DNA of 64,000 nucleotides from a virus. Position 1 is the stretch's first letter, and each line of letters starts with the position of its first letter. The translations under genes and the position numbers were made by a program. Positions 34,994-45,369 of this stretch are shown piece after piece. The stretch spans positions 96,001 through 160,000 of the IMG/VR virus record IMGVR_UViG_3300045988_173726; one strand, 5' to 3'. Below the pieces are notes generated by a model. That model did no database searches. It was not told where the DNA came from and saw only the letters and a list, made by a program, of their open reading frames with translations.

Positions 34994-37900
34994 ATGTTTA
35001 ATAGGGTGAGGACAGCATTAAGACAGGGTTTATCCTTAGCCTTAGCCGTTGCGGTGACTGTAGCAGTTCCAGTCACCGCGTTTGCGGCAGGGGGTTTAGG
35101 AGTAAACGCTGGTTCGGAGGGTGGAGTTGCTTCTGGTAATGACCCAAACTACGCGGCAAAGTTCCATGCCTATCCGCAAAACCAAGGCATTCGTTTATCT
35201 ATCGTTGATAAAGACGGTGATAGGATTGCAAACTCCGTTGACATTGTAAACTACGCGCCAAAGAGTTTAATCACTGGTTTAAGTTTCGGAGACTCCGAGG
35301 TAAGGTCAAATCAGTTTTCTGGTAGCGAGGCAGAGATTGGAAAGTATACCGCTCGGTTCATGAACTGGATAGGTTGGAAGAAGCAAGGCAACAAGAGAGA
35401 TGACTTTGAGTATTCAAACGGTATTAAGACAGAGAAGTACACTGGTATTTCGTGGTCGCAGGGTGTAAACACGGGTGTCCCTCCACATCAAGGTAAGCAC
35501 GGTAAGATTAACACTATAATGGTTCCAAGGTCATCCTTTAACTATCTTCTTTGGTATAGCATAGACTATTATGCTCGTGAGAATGGTAAGGAGGTAGAGC
35601 AGTCCGTTCTGAACAACTTAACCAGAAGAATGACACTGCCATCTTATCTTGACGACTCGGGTCAGTTCTTAGCTGGTGGTGTGAATTTGAAGAACGCTTT
35701 TGCCACAATGGTTAAGTATACGGATGGGTCGGAGAGCGACACAAATATTGCGACTTATATAGTTAATATGAGTATACCGTTGTACGATAACAAAGGTGAC
35801 ATGGCAATGGGTGGTCGTGGTTTATTTGAGTTTCTTCCAAATGTAGCAGGAAGAGAGAAACTCGGAACTACAAAGCCAGACGGCTCTAAATACACTATAT
35901 CGGACGCTATGGTAGAGTACAAGTACAGCTTAATCGCCGAGCCTCTATACTGGTACGTTCCAGAGGTCATTACTACAAACGCAGAGCGTATAGCGAGGAC
36001 AGGTACTGTCCACGAGAACTATCTTAGGTCGGTTAGATACGGAACTGCTTCGTATATTGCTAAAGAAACCTATGAGCAATTAAAGGCTGTAGGTTACAGT
36101 GACAATCTAATCCACGATTGCTCCGTTGGACCGGACTGGGGAACGGGTTCACTTGGCATCACGACCATGATGGTCGATAAGGACGATACGGATTTAGGAG
36201 TTTACCTGTGTCAAGGAGCGCATACGATAGACTATACGCCGAATTCAAACCTGTGGAGCTTGTATTCGCTCGGTGCGAACAACAACGCGAAGGAGAACGG
36301 CTATTCGGTGTTTATTTTTAAGGGCGAGTTCTTTAAGCCGAAAACTCCCGCAACGCACACGTTTGATAGCCATAATTACGGAAGTAGCGGAACGTATAGG
36401 AGAGCGCCAGCGCCAGACCCGAACAGTGACCCATTAAGCGACCCGAGTCAAGACCCGAATCCGAATAAGAAGATAGTAAAGATATACGCTCGGAAAGCAG
36501 GTGCGAACTCGTTTATTTACGAGGATACGCAGATACGAGTAAATACGGTGTCCCCGATTAAGATAGAGGACGAGGGCGAGTATACGGTCGATAACTGGTT
36601 CACATCGAATGTGGATAAGTTCCCGTCAAACGGAAACGGTTCAGCGGGAGTAAACGATTACGGTGCGATAAAGGGTTCGATTCCGAATAAGCAGACTGGC
36701 ACGGGTACTACAACAACGAGCCTAGAAGATAACGATGTGCTGTATGTTCGCTTAGTGTATGACCCTGTGTGGGTAGTCAAAGTTTACGAGGACGCAGACG
36801 GTAATCAGTTAAAGCCGACAACGATAGAGAAGATAAAGAGAGTGCCGAACTATAACGGTGGTGAGGGTGGTTACATCATTGACAAGACCCGCACGACCGA
36901 GGGCGAGCCGTTTAACGGTTTGGATGGTGGAACGCCTTGGAGTAGTGTCGTAACGAATACGAGCGGAAATGACGGAAACAGCGAGGTAATTCCAGTACCC
37001 GAGAGTCATCACACGATTTATATTCACTATACGGTGAGTAAGGTCGAGGAGACAGCGCCGTTAAAGCTCATGCAGAGTGAGATAGCGCATACGTTTAAGC
37101 TGTCAGACCTTGCGGTAGCTAGAGAGATTAAGCACACTTGGAATATCCCAGACGAGCATGGAATGATGCCAGAGCGGTCGCATTACGATGATGACGGTGA
37201 CGAGCATATAGACCACTACGAGTGCCACTGGTATAGCACGATAGTAGACGCGGATTGGGCGTTTAATATCCGAAATAACTTCAACTACGGTGCAACTTCG
37301 TTTGTCGGAACGGACGGCGAGTTTAAGACGATAGAGACAGGACGGGTATCAGACGAGGGAAGTTCGAGAGCGCTTGGATTTGTAGCGAGTAACGGATTAG
37401 CACCGAATATGCAGTTTACGGTGTATCGAGATAAGGCGAAGGACAGGCTTACGGCGTATCCGAACGGTTTAATCAGCGGTTCTTCCAATCATCAGAATAA
37501 CGAGGGTCTAATCAGTAAGATAGGTGTAGACAATGTGAACGCAGTTTATGGCGGCGGCAGATTAATACCCGAGAGTTCCGCGCAGTATGCGTTTAATGAC
37601 TCGTTTAAGACGCTGTATCAGTATGCAGGAAAGCTAGACCCGATAAGAAAGCGAAGGGTGCAGAACGATAGAGGACACTACCACGGACCAATAGGTTTAA
37701 CTAGCTATACGGCATCGGAAGTTCCGAATCTCGCATATCTAAACGCGCTGTATAGTAGGGATAACAATGTAATCGCGTATGGATTTGTCGGAAACGCGGG
37801 TAAGGGTGCGGAGAAGTCAAGTGCTAACGCGGGGGCGTTTGGGATTTTCGGACAGAACTACAACTTGCACAACAGCTACGCGGCAGACGGCAAGCAGTTT

Positions 37901-39178
37901 ATCGAGTTTTTCCCGTATCACAAGATGTATTTCCAGAAGTCGGACACATACGACCATAGTAGCGCAGGAAACGAGAGTGCGTTTATCACATCGAGTAACA
38001 CGAGTTCGGTGCTGGATAACTTCTCTGTAGAGACAGGCGTTTATAACTCAAAGGGAAGCGATAACGCATATGGAATCAGCCTAGCTTCGGAGCAGTGGAG
38101 TATACACGAGCGTGCGAAGAAGGTGTTAGAGGCGAACGGAATTAGACCCGCGACCGAAAACTTGTTACCGGGCGGTGCTACGATAGAGTTACGGTCTAAC
38201 TCAACAGATAAGGCAAACACGCCAGAGGTTTGGGTAGGCTTTAGGACGCTTCAAGTGAGTATACCTGACGAGTTAAAGGGAACTCTAGTCGGAACGGACA
38301 AAGATAGCGTAAAGACGACCTCGATAGCTAAGGCAGACGGTGCGAAGTTCTATAACGACATGGTAGCGACTTTAGAGAAGTATCAAGTCGAGAAGTGGGT
38401 AGACGATGGAATCCGCACAGCAGAGCCAGAGACAAAGGTATCGGGTATCAATCCCGTGCAGTCGTTTGGCGGTAACAACTTGCAGAACGGAGCGGACAGT
38501 AAGTATTACTTAAAGGTCGGCAAGACGGACGGTAACGGAGCGCAGATGTCGGTTGTAGATAAGCAGGCGGCGACAGCGGGAACGAATACGGGAGTCTTTG
38601 AACAGCATGTTTATCGGGTTTATGGCGATTTAACGGGCGATGTGTTGCATAATGGCTTAAGAGTTGTCGTAACGAAGGATGGGCAGGAGATAGCGAGTAC
38701 GAATATCACGAGCAGTGCAGACACAGGAGATGGTTTGCTCGGAAACAGTGAGGTTCGTAATGTAAACGAGCGGACAAAGTTTGTCACGAACTTTGTGAAG
38801 TCTTTGGATAAGGCAAGGGGCAGTGATAGAAACGGAGTTCGTTGGTATTACGAGGCGCAGGACGGAATCGAGGTTGTGGAGACACTAGGCAGGGCGCAAC
38901 TTGGATTTACGGACGGAAACGGTAAGCCGAATAACCGTTCAGAGGTAGCGGATACGAAGTTGTCTGGAAAGCTTGAGAGCCACGGAGACATAATATCTGG
39001 TGACAAGGATAAGACAAGGACAGTGCAGTATCGTATGAGTGCCGCGCCGATGGGAAGTGACAAAGCGTATTATATCGGCTCGTTTAACGGTATAGACATA
39101 ACGGTGAGCGGGTTGAACGAAGCGTTTAAGAGTCGGCTTTACTACATGAGTAACAATACGGTCATGGATTTGAACTAA
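34994..39178 (+). CDS. Large secreted protein (1394 aa), function unknown
   Basis: Signal peptide LSLALAVAVTVAVPVTAFAAGG. Uninterrupted 4.2-kb ORF. No LPxTG and no catalytic motif recognised. Confidence 0.8.
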   Translation: MFNRVRTALRQGLSLALAVAVTVAVPVTAFAAGGLGVNAGSEGGVASGNDPNYAAKFHAYPQNQGIRLSIVDKDGDRIANSVDIVNYAPKSLITGLSFGDSEVRSNQFSGSEAEIGKYTARFMNWIGWKKQGNKRDDFEYSNGIKTEKYTGISWSQGVNTGVPPHQGKHGKINTIMVPRSSFNYLLWYSIDYYARENGKEVEQSVLNNLTRRMTLPSYLDDSGQFLAGGVNLKNAFATMVKYTDGSESDTNIATYIVNMSIPLYDNKGDMAMGGRGLFEFLPNVAGREKLGTTKPDGSKYTISDAMVEYKYSLIAEPLYWYVPEVITTNAERIARTGTVHENYLRSVRYGTASYIAKETYEQLKAVGYSDNLIHDCSVGPDWGTGSLGITTMMVDKDDTDLGVYLCQGAHTIDYTPNSNLWSLYSLGANNNAKENGYSVFIFKGEFFKPKTPATHTFDSHNYGSSGTYRRAPAPDPNSDPLSDPSQDPNPNKKIVKIYARKAGANSFIYEDTQIRVNTVSPIKIEDEGEYTVDNWFTSNVDKFPSNGNGSAGVNDYGAIKGSIPNKQTGTGTTTTSLEDNDVLYVRLVYDPVWVVKVYEDADGNQLKPTTIEKIKRVPNYNGGEGGYIIDKTRTTEGEPFNGLDGGTPWSSVVTNTSGNDGNSEVIPVPESHHTIYIHYTVSKVEETAPLKLMQSEIAHTFKLSDLAVAREIKHTWNIPDEHGMMPERSHYDDDGDEHIDHYECHWYSTIVDADWAFNIRNNFNYGATSFVGTDGEFKTIETGRVSDEGSSRALGFVASNGLAPNMQFTVYRDKAKDRLTAYPNGLISGSSNHQNNEGLISKIGVDNVNAVYGGGRLIPESSAQYAFNDSFKTLYQYAGKLDPIRKRRVQNDRGHYHGPIGLTSYTASEVPNLAYLNALYSRDNNVIAYGFVGNAGKGAEKSSANAGAFGIFGQNYNLHNSYAADGKQFIEFFPYHKMYFQKSDTYDHSSAGNESAFITSSNTSSVLDNFSVETGVYNSKGSDNAYGISLASEQWSIHERAKKVLEANGIRPATENLLPGGATIELRSNSTDKANTPEVWVGFRTLQVSIPDELKGTLVGTDKDSVKTTSIAKADGAKFYNDMVATLEKYQVEKWVDDGIRTAEPETKVSGINPVQSFGGNNLQNGADSKYYLKVGKTDGNGAQMSVVDKQAATAGTNTGVFEQHVYRVYGDLTGDVLHNGLRVVVTKDGQEIASTNITSSADTGDGLLGNSEVRNVNERTKFVTNFVKSLDKARGSDRNGVRWYYEAQDGIEVVETLGRAQLGFTDGNGKPNNRSEVADTKLSGKLESHGDIISGDKDKTRTVQYRMSAAPMGSDKAYYIGSFNGIDITVSGLNEAFKSRLYYMSNNTVMDLN

Positions 39179-39253
39179 GGTGTATCTGGAGGGGGTGAGG
39201 TTAAAAGGCTTCGCCCCTTTCGTTTTAGGAGATTTAAGAGAAGAGGAGTAGAA

Positions 39254-40339
39254 ATGGGAAATAGAGCAATACGAGTTGTACTTGCCTCTGTACTTATGGC
39301 AGTATCGTGCAGTATGTTAGCATATGCAGAGCCGGTTAGTGAGGAGTATGATATAACAGCGGCGAGTCCGATAGAGGTAATCGTTATGTCGGACGATGCG
39401 GGAGCAGGGTTTAAGCTGACTGCACCGAGCGGCGCGGTGTATGACGGAAGCAACCTAGTAGGTCTTGACTTAAAGAGTAATACGGCGTTAGCGCGGAAGT
39501 ATACGCTAGACGGCAAGGAAGTGGGGACATGGAAGTTAGAGTTTGACAACGCGAATAACACGAACGTAGCGTTTATCGCGTCCTCGGATATTAAGGAGTA
39601 TAATATCGCTAAAGACGCGGCGGTATCGGACGATGAGGGGTCAAACTATCTGTATGCAGACATTTATGCGTCACAGGACGGGGATTTAATCATAAATGCG
39701 CACAGGTTAAGAAAGGGAATCGAGGATACGGGCGAGTTTCCGTATCAGTATAGTGTCGTAAGTAATGGGAAAGAGTTAAAGAGCGGCAGGGGCAAAGGAA
39801 ATTCGGATATAACGGTCGGAATGCGTGACTTAGAGGGTGTAGGCACGGGCGACTTAACAATCACGGTCAAGATACTGGATGACAGCGGAGAGGTTTATAC
39901 GCAGGAATCGTCTTATTATTATGTAGCGAAGGCAGATGCATCGACAGCGGCGTATAAGGAAGTGTCGTTACAGGGGGATACCGCAGGGAGCGGTGAGAGT
40001 AGAGTCACAGAGGGCAGCATGAGTGACGATGGCAATACGATAACGGCTACGGATGCGGATGGAAATGTAATCGAGTATAAGAAGCTTGACGGCAAGATGA
40101 CAGGTAACGGCTCGGATAAGGAAGCGCAGTATAGCGAGCGTAACAGCGAGAAAGAGGCAAAGAGAGCAAAGACGATGCGAGTGGTAAAGGTAGTATCGGC
40201 GGTAGTGCTTTTGATTTGTCTTGTAATCGTTCTCGGGACATACAGAGCGCATTTAATGACAGAGAAAGAGAGAATGCGCGAGATGCTAGAGAGGGAGAAA
40301 GCAAGTAAGTATAGCGATAAGGGCAAAGACGGAAAGTAA
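39254..40339 (+). CDS. Surface protein with signal peptide and C-terminal TM anchor
   Basis: N-terminus VVLASVLMAVSCSMLAYA. C-terminal VVKVVSAVVLLICLVIVLGTY followed by a charged tail. Confidence 0.75.
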   Translation: MGNRAIRVVLASVLMAVSCSMLAYAEPVSEEYDITAASPIEVIVMSDDAGAGFKLTAPSGAVYDGSNLVGLDLKSNTALARKYTLDGKEVGTWKLEFDNANNTNVAFIASSDIKEYNIAKDAAVSDDEGSNYLYADIYASQDGDLIINAHRLRKGIEDTGEFPYQYSVVSNGKELKSGRGKGNSDITVGMRDLEGVGTGDLTITVKILDDSGEVYTQESSYYYVAKADASTAAYKEVSLQGDTAGSGESRVTEGSMSDDGNTITATDADGNVIEYKKLDGKMTGNGSDKEAQYSERNSEKEAKRAKTMRVVKVVSAVVLLICLVIVLGTYRAHLMTEKERMREMLEREKASKYSDKGKDGK

Positions 40340-40387
40340 TGAGCAGATAGCTAGGGGAGTCTGCTCGGAGTAAGCAGGAGGTTTCAA

Positions 40388-40816
40388 ATGAACCTAGAGG
40401 ATAGAGCCTATAGTTTACTTGACGGAATCGAGAGTAAGCTAACGGAAGAGGTTTACGGATATTATTGCGATAAGGTAGAGGAATGTGACGGAGATAGTGA
40501 GAGTTTAACGGCAGTCATAGAAGAGTTAAAGGGAGTGTGCGCTAAGGCGCATAGCACAAGTAAGAAGCTTTCGATGAGTGACCTAGAGGGGGCAGAGGTG
40601 GAAGACGACTTAAGCCTAGACTTTGGGGACAGCGAAGAGAGTGCAGATGAAGAGAGCATAATTCCAGAGCCACCGAAGAGAGAGGAGAGTGTTGCGACTA
40701 CGGGAAAGCGTCTCTTTAAGAGTGACCCTGTAGACAGTGTTTATGCGATGCTGGACGGCTGGATAAGCAGGCTTATGGAGAGTAAGAACACGGGAGCTGA
40801 CAAAACGCATGGATAA
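40388..40816 (+). CDS. Acidic hypothetical protein
   Basis: ATG after AGGAGG. Confidence 0.7.
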   Translation: MNLEDRAYSLLDGIESKLTEEVYGYYCDKVEECDGDSESLTAVIEELKGVCAKAHSTSKKLSMSDLEGAEVEDDLSLDFGDSEESADEESIIPEPPKREESVATTGKRLFKSDPVDSVYAMLDGWISRLMESKNTGADKTHG

Positions 40817-41327
40817 AGCTCTATATAGCGATTTGGTAACGCCGAGGCTCATATTAAGGCGGTATCGAAGCGACTATGCTCGTTATGTAGAAGAGTTTAT
40901 GCGATATGGCGATGACTTGCGCAATATGGGCGGTGGAAGTGTTAAGGGGAGTGAAATCGAGTCTGTAGCGCGTGCATATGTCAGAGATAATCAAGAGACT
41001 TTTGATAAGCGGAGTAAGGATGGAGTTAGGCTTGCAATCGTGTGTGCGGTAACGTGGGAGTTTGTAGGGAATGTATCGGTGTATCGGAGAGGTGAGTATT
41101 TAGAGCTTGGTTTCTGGGTAATGCCGTCCTATAGGCGGCGGCATTACGGGGAAGAGGTGATAAAGTTTCTCTCCGATATGCTCATCGAGAGAGGGTATCG
41201 CCTAGAGATACGGGCTTCTGGTTTATCGGTAGCATCGGGTCGTATCGCAGAGAGTGCAGGGTATCAGCGTGTAGGCGTTGGGCATGAGAGAGATTTAAGT
41301 TTTGTCTTGTACAGGAGGGACGCATGA
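40809..41327 (+). CDS. GNAT-family N-acetyltransferase (RimJ/RimL-like)
   Basis: RLILRRYR..D, LELGFWVMPSYRRRHYGEEVIKFL (Q/R-x-x-G-x-G/A-like region), AESAGYQRVG. Confidence 0.75.
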   Translation: MDKALYSDLVTPRLILRRYRSDYARYVEEFMRYGDDLRNMGGGSVKGSEIESVARAYVRDNQETFDKRSKDGVRLAIVCAVTWEFVGNVSVYRRGEYLELGFWVMPSYRRRHYGEEVIKFLSDMLIERGYRLEIRASGLSVASGRIAESAGYQRVGVGHERDLSFVLYRRDA

Positions 41328-42517
41328 AGAAGGTTATAAACGGGAAAGAGGTATCGGTCGATGTTGAACTCTTTGAGCTTGCAGAGGCTGGAAAGTTAAG
41401 GCGTGACCTCGGTGAGAACAGTATAAACGGAGAGGTTTATTCTGGGATTGAGGGCTTGGAGTCAGCGGTGAGTGGTTATAGAGATATATACTACTCGTTT
41501 CCTTATCCGCTCTATGCGATTGAAGAGCCGATTAAGTATGTAGCGATTTCGGAGTGCCTTGTCGGGGTAAACGAAGAGTATTCTGGAAAGATTGCGCTAA
41601 AGGGTAATAGCCTAGTCATTAAGCTTTCGGACGACTGCGGGGTTAAGTTTATCGGAAGCACTTATGACATTGTGCGTGACTTGTCTGGATTTGAGTTTGT
41701 TGACGAGTATCTGGACGATTACTCCGAGGATTCGGGATACGAAGAATTTCTGTGGTGTGTTAACGCGATATTAGAGGACGGCGACACGACAGATTTTTAC
41801 GAGATTTTTTATCCCGAGTTTTATGACACTTGCGGCGACATAGAGACGCTTCTTCGCGAGTTAAAGACGATGCTGAACTTCCATAAAGTCGGAGCGACTA
41901 TCTCAATCGAGAAGGGGACGCTTGTGGATGTCGGAACAGACGACATTTATCGCCTAGAGGCGTATGTGAAGGGCATTGAGGAGAGTGGTCTTGTCGAGAC
42001 TAAGGATTTGGACGGAGAAGTTTATCAGATGAGTGGGGATTTGCCGCTATACTGGGTAAACTTCTACAAGAAGAGTCCGTATCTTGACAGTTTAGGGGAT
42101 GCTCTACTGGATGACAGTGAAAATGTGCTTTACGGGGAAGAGGAGAAGCTTTCCAAAGAGGAGTATGCAGGGCTTGGAAGCGTCTTTAAGCAGATGATAA
42201 AGGCAGGAACATACGACAGGTCAGTGACGAATGTGCAGGCGCGAGGAATCGTTAGGGGCGATTTAGTTTATTATGTGCTTTCTGGTCGGCTTTATCAGTG
42301 CAAATTACGGGAGTTTATGGACAGCAAAGAGATAGTGCTTATGGATACAGAGGGATTTGAGTATTTCTCCGACTATCTAAGCATTTACTCTTCGGACAGT
42401 GAGTATTTGTATTTACTGATAGAGGGAGAGAACCGTCACGACATTGTGCGGCTTTCCTACGAGACGGGTGAGATAGAGCGTTGCAGGACATGGTTTACGG
42501 CAGAGGATTTCGAGTAA
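41324..42517 (+). CDS. Hypothetical protein
   Basis: ATGA-coupled; 397-aa ORF. Confidence 0.7.
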   Translation: MKKVINGKEVSVDVELFELAEAGKLRRDLGENSINGEVYSGIEGLESAVSGYRDIYYSFPYPLYAIEEPIKYVAISECLVGVNEEYSGKIALKGNSLVIKLSDDCGVKFIGSTYDIVRDLSGFEFVDEYLDDYSEDSGYEEFLWCVNAILEDGDTTDFYEIFYPEFYDTCGDIETLLRELKTMLNFHKVGATISIEKGTLVDVGTDDIYRLEAYVKGIEESGLVETKDLDGEVYQMSGDLPLYWVNFYKKSPYLDSLGDALLDDSENVLYGEEEKLSKEEYAGLGSVFKQMIKAGTYDRSVTNVQARGIVRGDLVYYVLSGRLYQCKLREFMDSKEIVLMDTEGFEYFSDYLSIYSSDSEYLYLLIEGENRHDIVRLSYETGEIERCRTWFTAEDFE

Positions 42518-42526
42518 GGGGACAAG

Positions 42527-43330
42527 ATGAGCGAGGGGGAGTTAAAGCAGTATATAGAGAAGTTAAACGGCAGTGAGGGTGTGTGTAGGATAAGCTGTAT
42601 TAACGCGGCAGATGTAAGGCTAGTTCTTAGGCGCGGGAAGTGTGCGGTGATAATTGAGTTTATTCACAACAAGAATCACGAGAGGCTAGTGATACGGGGA
42701 GATTTAGAGACTATCACGCAAGAGGAGATAGATAAGCGCATTGCAGAGCTTGAGGAAGAGCTGACGGCATTACAGAGCATAAACGCGGTAATAAGTAAGC
42801 CAAGCGGGAAAGCGATACGGGTCATGCTACGGTGGTCTGACGGGGAAGTGTGTGATGTGTCGGACTGGGATTATGAGGGTGTCGAGATACGGCTAAGTAG
42901 AGAGTGCTGTGCGAAAGTTCCCGTTTACTATAAGCACGCAGAGTTTATTCGAGACGAGAGCCTAGTTAGGTTACTGAAAGACTTTGACAGCTACAACTTT
43001 TGCCGTAAGATAGGGGCGAGGCTAACTGGTAGAGACATTTACACAGAGCTATCGCAGAATATGCTAACGGTTTCCGACATAGAGGAGTTAGTGGTTAAGG
43101 ATAAAGTCGGGAAGAAGTATCTAAAGAGTGTAGTATCTTTAAGAGACCTCGGGTATATCGGGATATTTAACTGGGTTATCGACTATGGGAAGCGAGAGGT
43201 CGAGGTAACGGTAAAAGGGGATAAGCTTTTGTCGGTAGCGGACGGGACGCTTTACAGCGACAGTGCGCTTTGTAAGAGCCTTTGCAAGACGATGCAGGGT
43301 AGGGTTAAAGAACGGCTACTCTGGGTTTAA
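42527..43330 (+). CDS. Hypothetical protein
   Basis: 267-aa ORF in the train. Confidence 0.7.
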   Translation: MSEGELKQYIEKLNGSEGVCRISCINAADVRLVLRRGKCAVIIEFIHNKNHERLVIRGDLETITQEEIDKRIAELEEELTALQSINAVISKPSGKAIRVMLRWSDGEVCDVSDWDYEGVEIRLSRECCAKVPVYYKHAEFIRDESLVRLLKDFDSYNFCRKIGARLTGRDIYTELSQNMLTVSDIEELVVKDKVGKKYLKSVVSLRDLGYIGIFNWVIDYGKREVEVTVKGDKLLSVADGTLYSDSALCKSLCKTMQGRVKERLLWV

Positions 43331-43391
43331 GAGGGCGGCTTAAAGGCGTTTACAGGGCTAGCGAAGCTAGGTGGCTTGAGAGGGACATGGA

Positions 43392-44141
43392 ATGGCGAAA
43401 TTTGATGACGACTTAGGGCTTGATGACTTTGGTTTTGGGACAGAGGACAGCCCCGAGGCAGATGATGACATGTTTTCGTTTGGGGGAGATAGTAGCTCCG
43501 ATGGCGACAGTGGGTTTTCACTTGGGGGAGATGATAGCGCTCCGCTAACGATAAACCCCGATAGTCTAAGGAGTTCTGGGGGCGATAATGACTTTGACGA
43601 GGACGGCAAGAAGAAGCGCGCGTTTATCCTAGGGGTTGTAGGAGTTATCATTATCCTAGGTGGGTTAATGATAGCGGGAGTGATTACGCGAATCAGTAAG
43701 GGTAGCGGAAAGCGGGAGACAGCAAGCGTAAAGACGGCGGTCGAGACAGAGGAGAGTACGCGGGGTGAAAAGGAGAGCCGTAGGGAGGAAGAGGCGAAGC
43801 GTGAGACCAAGGCAGAATCTTCTACGGAAGCCCCTGTAAGGAGAGTGTCGCTAACGGATGGCGGTTGGGATGAGATAGAGTTAAGTGAGTTAGCGTTTAG
43901 CAATGTAATAAACGGAGATTTCACGGTAACTTCGATTAAAGCCTATGTGAAGGACAGCAAGACAGGGGAGAAAACGGTGAAAGCGGTAGTGACAGGTGGC
44001 ATCAGCGGTTTATCTGGGACATACGAGCTTGAGATACCGTATAGCAAGGCAGAGAAGTTAGCGGTCGGGGATAGTTTTTCGGTCAAGTATAGGATTGCGA
44101 AGCTAAACGACTATACGATAGTGGGAGATATAAGTTATTAA
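43392..44141 (+). CDS. Single-pass membrane protein with an acidic FG-rich N-terminal tail
   Basis: ATG 6 nt after GAGAGGGA. N-terminus DDDLGLDDFGFG / DDDMFSFGG. TM segment FILGVVGVIIILGGLMIAGVI. Confidence 0.7.
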   Translation: MAKFDDDLGLDDFGFGTEDSPEADDDMFSFGGDSSSDGDSGFSLGGDDSAPLTINPDSLRSSGGDNDFDEDGKKKRAFILGVVGVIIILGGLMIAGVITRISKGSGKRETASVKTAVETEESTRGEKESRREEEAKRETKAESSTEAPVRRVSLTDGGWDEIELSELAFSNVINGDFTVTSIKAYVKDSKTGEKTVKAVVTGGISGLSGTYELEIPYSKAEKLAVGDSFSVKYRIAKLNDYTIVGDISY

Positions 44142-44147
44142 GCGCTA

Positions 44148-44184
44148 GAGAGGGGGACAGGAATGGGGTCGCCCTCTTTTAATT
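44148..44184 (+). terminator. Probable terminator
   Basis: GAGGGGGAC ... GTCGCCCTC (one mismatch) followed by TTTTAATTT. Confidence 0.55.
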
Positions 44185-44350
44185 TGGTTTTGGCTAGGGC
44201 GTAGCGGGGAAGATTTGGTTTTAGGGAATCTGGATGGGGTCATTCGGGGAAATTTTAAGGCGAAAGTTTAACAGTCGTTCAGTAAGTCGAGGTTATCTTG
44301 GTTTGTCAGAGAAAATTTCTGGGTTTTGCAAAGTTTTCGTTGGTATTTGC

Positions 44351-44379
44351 TTGACTTATGCAGGCTTATAGCCTATAAT
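44351..44379 (+). promoter_or_regulatory. Consensus sigma-A/sigma-70 promoter
   Basis: TTGACT (44351-44356), exactly 17 nt of spacer, TATAAT (44374-44379). RBS GAGAGGAG at 44431-44438 and ATG at 44447 lie downstream. Confidence 0.7.
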
Positions 44380-44446
44380 TGTCGTATAAGCGGTGAGCAG
44401 AGGACTGTTCATCAATCACATTTCACTCTTGAGAGGAGATACAACT

Positions 44447-45349
44447 ATGGACGCAATCAACAAGTTACAGGCAACCGGTGATAACAGTGCACTTAGCGCA
44501 TTCGACCCGATTACGGAGGAGACTTCCGAGGCTGTGGAAGCAACGGAAGAGCTTGAGGAGACTCCTACCACTTCAAAGAGTGCTGATAAGGCGGCTTATG
44601 CGGTTCTTAAGGCACAGTTTACGAAGCAGTATACGACCGATGAGGCATTCCGTGATGCGATTGACAATCCGCGCAGTGACGACATCGAGTGCGTTGGCGT
44701 TATCGCCTATGGTGATAAGGGCGGTATGCAGAACAAGGACAAGGTGAAGAAGGACGCAAACGGCAAGCATGGCGTGTCCAACACTTCCGATATTGTCGGT
44801 TATGTGTTCAAGAATGTCGGCAAGTCTCCGATTACTTACAGAACTTTCAAGAGTACCAAGAACGAGGACGGCTCTTGGAACAGAGACATTGTGAGTATGG
44901 TGGCACAGCCGGGTCAGGAGATGATTCTGCCGAAGTGGGCGGCTACGGAGCTTATGGCTCGTATCGAGTATAGCTTCCGTGGTAAGAACTTCATGATGTC
45001 CGCGAAGAACCTTAGCAAGCTCATTGCGGAAAGCACGCCTGTCGGTGACGAGGCGCTGATTACGAGACTTTCCAAGTGGTTTGTCCGTATGAAGAAGGGC
45101 ACTTTCAGTGTGCAGGATGACAACTACAAGAAGAACATCTCCGTACCGGAAAAGGACGAGGAGACTGGCAAGACTAAGTGGGTTGTTGTCGAGCATGTTG
45201 ACGTTTTCGGCTATCTGAACGATTCTTCTTACAACAAGAAGAGCGGTAGCAGAAAGCGTAACAGCCAGAGACAGAAGGTTTCTAACGAGAGCGCGGCGGC
45301 GAACTATCTCCGTGAGCTGATTGCGAAGAGCGCGAGCATCGAGGCTTGA
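44447..45349 (+). CDS. Abundantly expressed-looking protein of unknown function (300 aa)
   Basis: The start is reassigned to ATG at 44447 (RBS 8 nt upstream); the track start at 44393 would lie within about 10 nt of the predicted TSS. Codon choice is visibly shifted to C/G-ending codons (AAG, GGC, TTC, AAC, GAC) compared with neighbours. Bracketed by a strong promoter and a strong terminator. Confidence 0.8.
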   Translation: MDAINKLQATGDNSALSAFDPITEETSEAVEATEELEETPTTSKSADKAAYAVLKAQFTKQYTTDEAFRDAIDNPRSDDIECVGVIAYGDKGGMQNKDKVKKDANGKHGVSNTSDIVGYVFKNVGKSPITYRTFKSTKNEDGSWNRDIVSMVAQPGQEMILPKWAATELMARIEYSFRGKNFMMSAKNLSKLIAESTPVGDEALITRLSKWFVRMKKGTFSVQDDNYKKNISVPEKDEETGKTKWVVVEHVDVFGYLNDSSYNKKSGSRKRNSQRQKVSNESAAANYLRELIAKSASIEA

Positions 45350-45369
45350 CCTTAGAGGCTAACGAGTAA

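Noticed and set aside
34994-39178. Interpretation as a phage tail fibre or tape-measure protein, which would make this a prophage structural module
   Set aside because: No capsid, portal, terminase or tail genes are recognisable anywhere in the window. The protein has a Sec-type signal peptide, so it was left as a secreted protein of unknown function.
43367-43924. 185-aa minus-strand ORF
   Set aside because: It is antisense to an acidic, Gly/Ser-rich plus-strand gene. It has a low-complexity Ser-rich translation and no RBS.
44573-45196. 207-aa minus-strand ORF inside the strongly promoted gene
   Set aside because: It is a by-product of the C/G-ending codon bias of the plus-strand gene. It has no start context, and the promoter, RBS and terminator all serve the plus strand.
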